Assembly (NCBI GenBank): GCA_900763515.1
Contig: CAAFKO010000019.1
Coordinates: forward strand, 1,684-65,683
From: an uncultured Collinsella sp.
GTDB lineage: Bacteria > Actinomycetota > Coriobacteriia > Coriobacteriales > Coriobacteriaceae
Direction: 5' to 3'
DNA length: 64,000 bases
Of this stretch, positions 9,276 through 17,971 are shown one piece after another (the stretch's first letter is position 1; the number at the start of each line of letters is the position of its first letter). Made by a program: the position numbers and the translations under genes. The notes below the pieces were generated by a model that saw only the letters and a program-made list of their open reading frames with translations, had not been told where the DNA came from and ran no database searches.

Positions 9276-10724
9276 CTACTGCGCGTCCGCCATAGTGTCG
9301 GCGAGCTCCTTGTACCAGAGTGCCGACTGCTTGATGTAGCGTTTTTGCGTGTCGAAGTCGATGTAGAACAGGCCGTAGCGCTTGTTATAGCCGTTGGCCC
9401 ACGAGAACTGGTCCTGCAGGCTCCAGATAAAGTAGCCCTGGACGTCGACGCCCTCGGCGCGCGCCCGGAGCACCTTCTCCATGTGCTGGTCGACAAAGTC
9501 GATGCGCTCGGGATCGGCGACGATGCCGTTTGCGTCGGGCTCGGGGTCCTTGTGGCCCAGGCCGTTTTCGGTGATATAGATGACGGGGAGGTTGGGATAG
9601 GTGGCGCTGATGTGCTTGAGCGTGTCGTAGAGGCCTTGCGGGTAGATGAGCCAATCCCAGTCGGTGGTGGGGATACCCGGCATATCGACCTGCTGCCCGA
9701 CGCCCTTAAACTTAAAGCACGAGGTGCCCTTGTCTCCGGTGCCGTTAAAGCTGTTGGTGGACTCGCCATCGTAGGCGGCGATAAACGCCGACTGATAGTA
9801 GTTGAGGCCGAACATATCGTTGCGGGGCGCCGCCTTGGCGAGCTCCTCCATGTCGCTGTCCTCAACCGTAAGCGTGGCGTTGTTGGCACGCAGAATCTCG
9901 TTGATGAGTGAGAGGGTGCGCGCGGAGTAGTGACCCAGGAAGGCGCCGTCCATGATGAAGTCGGTGTAGAAGGCGTTGTACAGGTCGGCGGCGTGCTGGT
10001 CGGCGGGCGAGTCTGTGGCAGGATATGCCGGCGTCAGGACGTTGACCATGCCAATGCGTCCGCCCAGGTGCTCGGTCTCGTCAAGATCCTTATACAGGTT
10101 GACGGCGCGGGCGTGGGCAACGAGCTCGTTGTGCTGGCTCTGGATGCCGCTCGTCACATCAAAGTGATGGTTGGGCGGGAAGTTGCCTTGGATGTATTGG
10201 GAGTGCGAGAGGCTGATGAGCTCGTTGATGGTGAACCAATTCTTGACCTCGCGGAACTCGCGGAAGCAGAACTCGGCATAGCGCACATAGGCGTCGACGG
10301 TCTTGCGGTTGAGCCAGTCGCCCTGGTTGAACAGGGCGGCGGGGGAGTCAAAGTGATGCAGGGACACATAGGGCTCGACGCCATACTTTTTGCAGCAGGC
10401 GAACAGCTCGTGGTAGTGCTTAACGCCCTCGGCGAGGGGCTCGGCATCGTCGCCGTTGGGGAAGATGCGGGTCCAGGCGATGGACACACGGATGGCGTTG
10501 AGTCCATGCTCGGCAGAAAGGCGGATATCCTCCTCGTAGCGGTTGTAGAAATCACTGGCCGGGTCGGGCAAAAAGCGACCCTGGGCGACAAGGTAATCGT
10601 CCCACATGGTCTTACCCTTGCCTGCCACCTTCGTGGAACCTTCCGTTTGGTACGCGGCGGTTGCGGCGCCCCAAACAAAGCCCTTCGGCAGCTGCTGTAC
10701 GCGGTTTAGCAAAGACATATGCAT
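9276..10724 (-). CDS. lacG: GH1 6-phospho-beta-galactosidase/glucosidase, cassette 2
   Basis: 482 aa with WGAATAAYQTEG, WFTINEL and IYITENGLG. ATG 10718 (third codon) has better SD spacing than ATG 10724. Confidence 0.88.
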   Translation of the reverse strand: MHMSLLNRVQQLPKGFVWGAATAAYQTEGSTKVAGKGKTMWDDYLVAQGRFLPDPASDFYNRYEEDIRLSAEHGLNAIRVSIAWTRIFPNGDDAEPLAEGVKHYHELFACCKKYGVEPYVSLHHFDSPAALFNQGDWLNRKTVDAYVRYAEFCFREFREVKNWFTINELISLSHSQYIQGNFPPNHHFDVTSGIQSQHNELVAHARAVNLYKDLDETEHLGGRIGMVNVLTPAYPATDSPADQHAADLYNAFYTDFIMDGAFLGHYSARTLSLINEILRANNATLTVEDSDMEELAKAAPRNDMFGLNYYQSAFIAAYDGESTNSFNGTGDKGTSCFKFKGVGQQVDMPGIPTTDWDWLIYPQGLYDTLKHISATYPNLPVIYITENGLGHKDPEPDANGIVADPERIDFVDQHMEKVLRARAEGVDVQGYFIWSLQDQFSWANGYNKRYGLFYIDFDTQKRYIKQSALWYKELADTMADAQ

Positions 10725-10837
10725 ACACCCTCTCGTCTCGCTGTTCGATATTGTGCGTTTGCGCTCAGGAGGCTCCCTGGTTAGCGTTCAGCGGTGAAAA
10801 AGCCCGATAAACACTATCTTAAAATGATTAGAACCAA

Positions 10838-10876
10838 AATGAGCACGTGAACATTTGACAATGAGCACGTTAACAT
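10838..10876. promoter_or_regulatory. Two LacI-type operators upstream of lacG2-lacE2
   Basis: AATGAGCACGTGAACATT (10838-10855) and ATGAGCACGTTAACAT (10861-10876). Confidence 0.7.
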
Positions 10877-10914
10877 CCGGCTGGGATGTATAGAAACAAA
10901 ACAACTTCAAACAG

Positions 10915-10925
10915 CCGCGAACGGT
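10915..10925 (+). promoter_or_regulatory. CGGTGAACGGTA-family motif (variant) upstream of lacI2
   Basis: GCGAACGGTTG, followed as at cassette 3 by GGTAAGCG. Confidence 0.35.
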
Positions 10926-10992
10926 TGTATTTGTTCGGTAAGCGGTTTTGATTGACAGAAGTTTTCATGTTGTGGTATATGGCTCGGGTATC

Positions 10993-11009
10993 ATGAGCAC
11001 GTTATCGAT
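10993..11009. promoter_or_regulatory. Third cassette-2 operator-like site, just upstream of lacI2
   Basis: ATGAGCACGTTATCGAT shares the ATGAGCACGTTA half-site with 10861-10876. Confidence 0.5.
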
Positions 11010-11068
11010 GTATGTACGATGCGCCATGGGCGCGGGGAATAGTTGGGAAGCAGGTTAGCGTGGAAGGC

Positions 11069-12097
11069 ATGGCTCAGCAGACAAGGAATGGTCATTCGGC
11101 GAGCGCGGCAGAGGTTGCGGCGCTCGCTGGCGTGAGCCGCCAGACTGTGTCTCGCGTGGTCAACGGTATGCCCAACGTGACGGAAAAGACGCGCAAGCGT
11201 GTGCTGGCCGCCATGGAAGAGCTGGGCTTTCGTCCCAATTTTGCTGGAGCGGCGTTGCGCGGCGGGTCGTATCGTTCTATTGGCCTGTGCATGTACAACA
11301 TCACACGTGTCGGTAACCTGGCGACGCTCGAGGGTATCATGCAAGCGGCGCGCGAGCACGATTTTGCCGTCACTATGATCGAGATGGGCGGCGACAAGCC
11401 CTATACACTTGCCGATGCCTCGCGCCGCATGGTCGAGCGACCCGTCGACGGCATGATTCTCAACATGAACCGCATGGCTCCCGATTTTGAGGAGTTTGTT
11501 CCCCAGCCGGGAGTGCGAACGGTCATCCTGTCCATGTATGCGCATCCGCGCTGCACGACGATCGACTCCGACCAGTATGGTTCGTGCGAGCTGTTGACCA
11601 ATTATCTGCTGGAACATGGTCACTCGAATATGCGGTTTGTGGCGGGTCCGGAAAACTCGATTTCCTCGCGTTTTCGTGAGGCCGGTTGGCGCGATACGCT
11701 GGGTCGTGCTCATGTCGATGCCGCTCCGATGCTGCGTGGCGATTGGAGTGCGGACAGTGGGTACGCCATGGGCGAGCGGATTGCGGCCGAGGTGCTTGCC
11801 GGCGGGTCGCAGGCGCCGACTGCCGTGCTTGCGGCAAATGACCAGATGGCGCTGGGCGTTATCGCCGCGCTCGAGAACGCGGGCCTGTCCGTGCCCGACG
11901 ACGTGAGCGTGGTTGGTATCGACGACGCACTCGAGGGACTTGTTCCTCACAATCGACTGACGACGCTGCGATTTGATTTGCGCGGTGTCGGTAAGCTTGC
12001 GTTTGAGGCGGCGATTGGAGAGAGCTCGTCTATCGAGGCGATTCATGTGCCGAGTACGCTGGTCGAACGCTCGACTGTTAGGGACATACGGGGTTAG
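11069..12097 (+). CDS. LacI-family transcriptional regulator, cassette 2
   Basis: HTH is AEVAALAGVSRQTVSRVVNG. The ORF is open from 11012. The start is uncertain: ATG 11012, GTG 11060 or ATG 11069. Confidence 0.82.
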   Translation: MAQQTRNGHSASAAEVAALAGVSRQTVSRVVNGMPNVTEKTRKRVLAAMEELGFRPNFAGAALRGGSYRSIGLCMYNITRVGNLATLEGIMQAAREHDFAVTMIEMGGDKPYTLADASRRMVERPVDGMILNMNRMAPDFEEFVPQPGVRTVILSMYAHPRCTTIDSDQYGSCELLTNYLLEHGHSNMRFVAGPENSISSRFREAGWRDTLGRAHVDAAPMLRGDWSADSGYAMGERIAAEVLAGGSQAPTAVLAANDQMALGVIAALENAGLSVPDDVSVVGIDDALEGLVPHNRLTTLRFDLRGVGKLAFEAAIGESSSIEAIHVPSTLVERSTVRDIRG

Positions 12098-12111
12098 GTC
12101 CTACTCCGTTT

Positions 12112-12247
12112 GTCTCGATTTGTAACAGGTAGACGGTCAAAAGCGGGCTACGTGTTACAGATTTAGATTCTTCGGAAAGAGCAATCCTGTTCGTCTCGAT
12201 CTGTAACAGCTAGGACCAAAAACTCGGCTAGATGTTACAGATTGAGA
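12112..12247. repeat. Array of 2 hairpin repeat units (TGTAACA-N25-TGTTACA family)
   Basis: Units lie at 12112-12167 and 12193-12247. Their loops are near-identical to units at 2136-2192 and 7184-7240 respectively. Confidence 0.88.
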
Positions 12248-12265
12248 TAAACGGCTTCTGACCTG

Positions 12266-12313
12266 CACAAAAAGGCCGGGGGCGGCGTGCCGTGTGACGT
12301 GCCGCCCCCGGCT
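12266..12313 (-). terminator. Rho-independent terminator of lacE3-lacG3
   Basis: On the minus strand, the stem GCCGGGGGCGGC/GCCGCCCCCGGC is followed by CTTTTTGTG. Confidence 0.75.
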
Positions 12314-12357
12314 GAGAAATGGGGACAGGTTATGTGGGCGGGCAACCCCGCCAGTCA

Positions 12358-13797
12358 CTAGTCCAGACGACGGGTCTGCGCCACGTGCTTATACCAGTAT
12401 GCGCTTGCCTTGGGCGTGCGCTTCTGGGTTTCAAAGTCAACGTAGAAGAAGCCGTAACGCTTGTTGTAGCCATTGGTCCAGGAGAACTGATCCTGCAGGC
12501 TCCACAGGAAGTAGCCGCCCACGTTGACGCCCACCTCCATGGCCTTGAGCAACCAGCGCAGGTGCTGCTCGATGTAGTCGATGCGCGGCTGGTCGTCCAC
12601 AAAACCGTCCTCGTAGGGGTCCTTGTAGCCCATGCCGTTCTCGGTGATGAAGATCTGCTTGTAGTTGGGGTAGCGCTGCTTAATGTAGACGAGCAGATCG
12701 AACAGGCCCTCGGGATAGATGATCCAGTCCCAGTCGGTGGTGGGGATGCCGGGCTTGTTCACATGCTCGCCAATGCCCTTGACGCGCCAGCGGCCAGTGC
12801 CCTTCTCGCCCGTACCGTTGTGGTGCAGGTCGTTCTCGCCATCGTAAGCCTTCAAGAAACGGCACTGGTAGTTGTTGACGCCCAGGTAGTCGTTGTAGAG
12901 CGCTGCCTCGCGCATAATCTCGAGGTCCTCGTCCAAGATCTCGATGGTGCCGCCCGAGATGGCCGCCAGGCGGTTGGCGCACTCGAGGGTGTCGGGAGCA
13001 TAGTCGCCGCGGAAGGTGGCGTCGAGCAGAAACTGGTTCTGCAGCACGTGCTCGTTGTTGGCGGCCTTGATGTCGGCGGGGTCGTTCTCGTTGAGCGGAT
13101 ACTTAAACTCCAACGACTGGATGACGCCGATCTTGCCCTTAAAACCGCCGTTGTGGAAGGCCAGTACTGCCTTGGCGTGGGCGAGCATCATGTTGTGCTC
13201 GCACTGGAAGGCCTCGGCCAGATGCGCCTTGACGCCACCGGGGAAGGTGCCCTCGATGTAGGTGTTGGAGGCGTCGGCCCAGATCTCGTTAAAGGTGAAC
13301 CAGTAGGTCACCTGGTCGGCGTACTCCTTAAAGCAGAAGGTGGCAAAGTCCACAAAGGCGTCGATGGTCTCGCGGTTGAGGAAGTCGCCCTTCTCAAAGA
13401 GGGGCAGCGGCGTGTCAAAGTGATGCAACGTGACGAACGGCTCAACGTGGTGCTTGTGACACTCGGCAAACAGGTCGTGGTAGAACTGGACGCCCTCGGG
13501 GTTGATCTCGCCGGTGCCGATGGGGAAGATGCGGCTCCAGGCGATGGAGAGGCGGATGCCGTTGATACCGAACTCCTCGCACAGCTCCAAGTCGACGGGG
13601 TACTGGTTGTAGAAGTCCGAAGCGGGATCGGGGGAAAAGCGCCCCTGGGCCTCCAGGAAGTCGTCCCAGGCAACCTTGCCTTTACCGTGGGTCCGGGTCT
13701 CGCCCTCTACCTGGTAGGCAGCGGTGGCGCCGCCAAAGACAAAGTTCTCGGGAAACTGCGCAGGCGGGTTGGTGACGCTAGCAGGGTTAACGGACAT
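12358..13797 (-). CDS. lacG: GH1 6-phospho-beta-galactosidase/glucosidase, cassette 3
   Basis: 479 aa with FVFGGATAAYQVEGE, WFTFNEI and IFITENGMG. Confidence 0.88.
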   Translation of the reverse strand: MSVNPASVTNPPAQFPENFVFGGATAAYQVEGETRTHGKGKVAWDDFLEAQGRFSPDPASDFYNQYPVDLELCEEFGINGIRLSIAWSRIFPIGTGEINPEGVQFYHDLFAECHKHHVEPFVTLHHFDTPLPLFEKGDFLNRETIDAFVDFATFCFKEYADQVTYWFTFNEIWADASNTYIEGTFPGGVKAHLAEAFQCEHNMMLAHAKAVLAFHNGGFKGKIGVIQSLEFKYPLNENDPADIKAANNEHVLQNQFLLDATFRGDYAPDTLECANRLAAISGGTIEILDEDLEIMREAALYNDYLGVNNYQCRFLKAYDGENDLHHNGTGEKGTGRWRVKGIGEHVNKPGIPTTDWDWIIYPEGLFDLLVYIKQRYPNYKQIFITENGMGYKDPYEDGFVDDQPRIDYIEQHLRWLLKAMEVGVNVGGYFLWSLQDQFSWTNGYNKRYGFFYVDFETQKRTPKASAYWYKHVAQTRRLD

Positions 13798-13863
13798 GAT
13801 GATCCAATCGTCTAAATCGAAGGGCCAGCCGGTTTTGGATGGTCGGATGGCCCTGAGCGCTAC

Positions 13864-15639
13864 TTACTTCGAGAGTTGCTCGCTTACGAAGGCGAGAGAC
13901 TTATCGCCGTTCTGGGAGAGCTCGATGTACTGCTTTCCGCGGCAGGCGACGCACTTGTTGCCCACGCGCTCGCAGTCCTTCTGCAGGTCGGCCAGGTAGC
14001 TTGCGGCCTGCGGGGCCAGTACGACCAGGTCAAAGTCGGGGAGCATGTCGACGTGGTTGCCATATGCCTCGGCAGCGGTCTCAAGATTGATGCCGCGCTC
14101 TTTAGCAGCCTTGGCCAGCGCGTTGGCGAGCAGGCCCGAGGTTCCGCCGCCCTGGCAGAGCACGAGCACGCGCTTGCCGTTGAGGTCGCTGGTGGCCGTT
14201 GCCTCGGCAGCGAGTGCTGCGGAAGCGGCGGGAGCGTCGGCCTTCACGGCCTCGGCAGCAGCGCCGGCGGCAACGCTCTTGGCGTCGGCCTTGCCCTGGA
14301 AGGCATCGTTGAGCTTGGCGGCCTTCTCGGCGTTCTTGGCGGCGAGCTCCTCCTGGGAAATCTCGGCCTCCTCGGCGCACTTCTGGGCGTCATAGGCACG
14401 GAAGAACGGATAGTACAGAACGAAGTCGACGACCAGGATAAGGGCGAGCATCACAAAGGCGAGCGGCTGGAAGCCCAGGCCCATGATGGTGCCGATGGGG
14501 CCGGGGACGGTCCAAGGCAGGGTGTACATAAAGCCGTTCATGCCCAAGAAGTCGATAAAGATCTTGAGGATCCAGATGTTGGCGATCGGGGCAAAGACAA
14601 ACGGGACAAAGAAGACGGGGTTGAGCACGATGGGCGCGGCGAACAGCAGCGGCTCGTTGACGGCAAAGCAGACGGGGACGATGGCGGCCTTACCGACGGC
14701 GCGCATCTCCTGGGACTTGGCTAGGAAGCAGAACATAAAGACCAGGACGAGCGTGGCGCCGGTGCCGCCCATGCAGACGACGAAGTACTGGGCACCCTGG
14801 GTCAGGACGGCGGAAGCGTGCTGGCCAGCCTGGAACGCAGCTAGGTTGTCGGTCATGTTGGCAACGAGAGCGGCGGCGATGGCGGGCTCGACGATCGAGG
14901 GGCCGTGGACGCCGACGAACCAGAAGAGGCTCATGGCGCCGTAAATCACAGCGAGGCCGATATAGCCGTCGGCAGCGGTGAACAGGGGCTGGAACACCTG
15001 GATGACGCCCTGGGCAAAGCAGAAGCCAAAAGCAGCGCGGAAGACGATGTCAAAGACCCAAAAGACGGTGATGCAGACGGAGAAGGGGATGATGTCCTTA
15101 AAGGTCTGCGAGATGTTGGGCGGAACCTGCTCGGGCATCTTGACGGTGATGTTGCGCTTAATGAAGAACTTGTAGATGATGCCGGTCACAAACGCAGCGA
15201 TGAAAGCGGTCAGCAGGCCCTTGGAACCAAGGTAGGTGGTGTTGAAGCCGCTGGCGGCGTCCGTGGCGATGGTGTCGCTCGAAAGGAGCAAGAAGCCGAT
15301 GATGGCCGCGCACATGCACGAGATAAAGTTGATCTGGTTGTTCTTGGGCAGATCGCGGTTCTGAGCGTCGGCGAAGTGCTTGGCCGTGGTGGCGGCGCAG
15401 GCGATGGCCAGGATGCCCATGGAGTAGTTGTAGCACTTCCACAGGGCGTTGTTGATGTCATCGGGCCAGTAGAAACCCCAGATGTTGGGGACCGAGGCTA
15501 CCAGGCAAAAGATGGACGAGAAGATGATGATGGGGATGACGGAGATAAAACCGTCACGGATCGCCTTGAGGTACTTGTTGCGGGCGATCGCGTTGAAAAA
15601 GGGCTGGCCCTTTTCGATGATGGCGATGAGTTGCTCCAT
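13864..15639 (-). CDS. lacE: PTS lactose/cellobiose-family EIICB, cassette 3
   Basis: 591 aa with LKAIRDGF and VNEPLLFAAP. The EIIB loop is LVLCQGGGTS. AGGAG RBS is present. Confidence 0.9.
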   Translation of the reverse strand: MEQLIAIIEKGQPFFNAIARNKYLKAIRDGFISVIPIIIFSSIFCLVASVPNIWGFYWPDDINNALWKCYNYSMGILAIACAATTAKHFADAQNRDLPKNNQINFISCMCAAIIGFLLLSSDTIATDAASGFNTTYLGSKGLLTAFIAAFVTGIIYKFFIKRNITVKMPEQVPPNISQTFKDIIPFSVCITVFWVFDIVFRAAFGFCFAQGVIQVFQPLFTAADGYIGLAVIYGAMSLFWFVGVHGPSIVEPAIAAALVANMTDNLAAFQAGQHASAVLTQGAQYFVVCMGGTGATLVLVFMFCFLAKSQEMRAVGKAAIVPVCFAVNEPLLFAAPIVLNPVFFVPFVFAPIANIWILKIFIDFLGMNGFMYTLPWTVPGPIGTIMGLGFQPLAFVMLALILVVDFVLYYPFFRAYDAQKCAEEAEISQEELAAKNAEKAAKLNDAFQGKADAKSVAAGAAAEAVKADAPAASAALAAEATATSDLNGKRVLVLCQGGGTSGLLANALAKAAKERGINLETAAEAYGNHVDMLPDFDLVVLAPQAASYLADLQKDCERVGNKCVACRGKQYIELSQNGDKSLAFVSEQLSK

Positions 15640-15700
15640 GCAAAGCTCCTAAGAGTCGGTGGGTTGGCAACGATAGTAGCTTTTAACGTTTGGTTGCCAA

Positions 15701-15718
15701 AATGTTGACGTTGCCATT
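15701..15718. promoter_or_regulatory. LacI-type operator, cassette 3 (proximal to lacE3)
   Basis: AATGTTGACGTTGCCATT, a palindromic ATGGCAAC-type half-site pair with central CG. Confidence 0.65.
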
Positions 15719-15820
15719 TTGCGACACAAAAAAAGACGCGAACCGGTGGTTCCTGTGCCTGCGAACCGTCGATTCCTTGCGCGTAAACGTTTGAGCCGCC
15801 CGGTGGCTCTGTGTTTGCAC

Positions 15821-15838
15821 AATGGCAACGTTAACATT
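15821..15838. promoter_or_regulatory. LacI-type operator, cassette 3 (distal)
   Basis: AATGGCAACGTTAACATT. Confidence 0.65.
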
Positions 15839-15873
15839 TGGGCGACAAAAGCCGTTCGGGGAAGCAAAAATGT

Positions 15874-15886
15874 CGGTGAACGGTAG
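15874..15886 (+). promoter_or_regulatory. CGGTGAACGGTA motif upstream of lacI3
   Basis: CGGTGAACGGTAG. Confidence 0.45.
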
Positions 15887-15996
15887 GTTTTGGGTGGTAA
15901 GCGTATTGCAGAGGCGGCGTTAGATATACTTGAAGGCGTTTAATATGACTGCGCAGGATGCCGTCAATGGCATCGTTGACACGGAAAGATCGACCA

Positions 15997-17001
15997 ATGG
16001 CCGCTGTTAAAAAATCGGTATCCGTTAAGGATGTGGCGCGCCTCGCGGGCGTCTCGGAGCAGACGGTCTCGCGTACGGTGCACGATTCGCCCAGCGTACG
16101 CCCCGAGACCAAGGAGCGGGTGCGCGCCGCCATGCGCGAGCTTGGCTATCGTCCTAACTTTGCCGGCCGGTCGCTTCGTCGCGGCAAGTTTAAGACTGTC
16201 GGCGTCGCCATGTTCAACATTACCGGTACCGGCAACCTCGACCGTATGGAGGGCTTTGCCGCCGCGGCCGACAAACATGGCTATGCCATCACCCTTACTA
16301 AAGTAGACGGGCATCCGTATACCCTCGAGAGCGCATCGTCGCGCATGAGCGCACTGCCAGTGGACGGTATGGTTGTGATCATGAATCGCATGCCGGCGGA
16401 CTTTGGCACCTTTGAGCCGCTGCCTGGTATGCAGACGGTGCTCGTTACCATGCTGGAGCACCCGCTGTGCTCGACGGTCGATAACGATCAGTTCGATTGT
16501 TCGCGCCAGGTTGTCGAGTACTTGCTGGGGCAGGGGCACAAGACCGTGCACTTTATCTCGTGTCCCGAGCGCTCGCTTTCGGGCATGCGGCGCGAGGAGG
16601 GCTGGCGCGAGACATTGCGCGCGCATGGTATTGAGCCACCGCGACTCATCCGTGGCGACTGGACGGCTCAGAGTGGATATGCCGCAGGCCAGGCTCTGGC
16701 GGACGATCCGACCTGTACTGCCATCTATGCCTCCAACGACGCCATGGCCTACGGTTGCATTCGCGGACTCGAGTCGCGCGGAAAGCACGTGCCCGAGGAT
16801 GTGAGCGTGGTGGGTGTAGATGACAGTCTGGGTGACATCGTGCCCGATCGTCGCCTGGCCACCGTGCGCTTTGACAACAAGCGTGTCGGCATGTGGGCAG
16901 TCGATAAGATCGCCGGTGCCGAGGAGGTTGCGTCTGGCGTGGAGCACATGCTGATCCCCGGCGTGCTCGTAGAGGGCGATACGGTGCGCGATTTGCGTTA
17001 G
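15997..17001 (+). CDS. LacI-family transcriptional regulator, cassette 3
   Basis: HTH is VSVKDVARLAGVSEQTVSRTVHD. The ORF is open from 15958. ATG 15997 (MAAVKKSVSVKDVA) gives 334 aa. Confidence 0.82.
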   Translation: MAAVKKSVSVKDVARLAGVSEQTVSRTVHDSPSVRPETKERVRAAMRELGYRPNFAGRSLRRGKFKTVGVAMFNITGTGNLDRMEGFAAAADKHGYAITLTKVDGHPYTLESASSRMSALPVDGMVVIMNRMPADFGTFEPLPGMQTVLVTMLEHPLCSTVDNDQFDCSRQVVEYLLGQGHKTVHFISCPERSLSGMRREEGWRETLRAHGIEPPRLIRGDWTAQSGYAAGQALADDPTCTAIYASNDAMAYGCIRGLESRGKHVPEDVSVVGVDDSLGDIVPDRRLATVRFDNKRVGMWAVDKIAGAEEVASGVEHMLIPGVLVEGDTVRDLR

Positions 17002-17061
17002 GGTGCGGTCCTGTTTGGGCTTCCACTAATCATGTTTGATATTGTTCAAAACAGTTTAAAA

Positions 17062-17072
17062 ACCGTTCACGG
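17062..17072 (-). promoter_or_regulatory. CGGTGAACGGTA motif (reverse orientation) upstream of lacF
   Basis: ACCGTTCACGG. A second partial copy, ACCGTTCA, lies at 17083-17090. Confidence 0.4.
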
Positions 17073-17215
17073 GTGAAAAGTGACCGTTCATAGCTCGAAA
17101 TTACGTTTTGCGCTGTTCTTTTTTGTTTGAATGTTATTGTTTCTGTCATACACAGCGCAGCGCGTATGCCCGGACGCGATGCTCTCCATTGGTTCATATG
17201 TGAAAGGAACGCAAT

Positions 17216-17554
17216 ATGGCAACCAAAGAAGAAATCTCGATGGTTGGATTCGAGATTGTCGCATACGCAGGTGACGCCCAGACCGATCTGCTTGCAGCGC
17301 TCGATGCCGCTCGCGAGGGTGATTTTGAGAAGGCCGAGCAGCTGCACAAGGATGCCAGCGATGCGCTTATCGGCGCCCACGACACGCAGACCAAGCTGCT
17401 TTCGCAGGAGGCCGGCGGCGGCGAGATGGAGATGACCTTCATCATGGCTCACGCTCAGGACACTCTGATGACCACTATGATCCTGGAAAAGCAGACCCGC
17501 TTTACCATCGATGCCTACAAGCGTATCGCCGAGCTCGAGGCCAAGCTAGCCTAA
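17216..17554 (+). CDS. lacF: PTS lactose/cellobiose-family EIIA
   Basis: 112 aa. It looks like a three-helix-bundle EIIA with the conserved IGAHDTQTKLL phospho-His region. It is the only EIIA in the window. Confidence 0.88.
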   Translation: MATKEEISMVGFEIVAYAGDAQTDLLAALDAAREGDFEKAEQLHKDASDALIGAHDTQTKLLSQEAGGGEMEMTFIMAHAQDTLMTTMILEKQTRFTIDAYKRIAELEAKLA

Positions 17555-17585
17555 CGAGCCCGCACAACCAAGTCCCCTTCCAAAA

Positions 17586-17616
17586 GCTCTGCCGCTATCC
17601 GCAGCAGGGCTTTTTC
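17586..17616 (+). terminator. Rho-independent terminator after lacF
   Basis: The stem GCTCTGC/GCAGGGC (one G-U pair) is followed by TTTTT. Confidence 0.6.
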
Positions 17617-17714
17617 TGTATCCCACCTATCTAGGTTGCGGCGAAATAGGGGTCGACAGGCCAAAATGCCCTGCTTTTCCCGTCCCCGGAGGATCGGTTA
17701 GCAGTACTCGCCAC

Positions 17715-17864
17715 GAAATTGGCCCATCTACTACGTTTAACCCGGTACCCCCGAACACAACTACGTTTCATGAAAAACTGCAGGCGTTCTACCTGCGGTT
17801 TTGGTTTTTTGCTTTGTGGCATGGTCGGAGATAGGCGGTTAAACGTAGTAGATAGGCCCATTTC
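17715..17864. repeat. 150-bp element bounded by 28-bp inverted repeats
   Basis: GAAATTGGCCCATCTACTACGTTTAACC (17715-17742) matches the reverse complement of 17837-17864 with 2 mismatches. A third partial copy, AACTACGTTT, lies at about 17757. Confidence 0.7.
17778..17810 (+). terminator. Terminator-like hairpin inside the inverted-repeat element
   Basis: The stem CTGCAGG/CCTGCGG is followed by TTTTGGTTTTTT. Confidence 0.5.
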
Positions 17865-17971
17865 ATGGCGGGCGGGTCATGCAGCAGCCTGGTGCGCCGC
17901 CTGCCGTTCGGCTTTTTACTGGGCGGGTATAATTCCATCCGCAATACAGGCCGGAATGAGGAGGTATCCAA

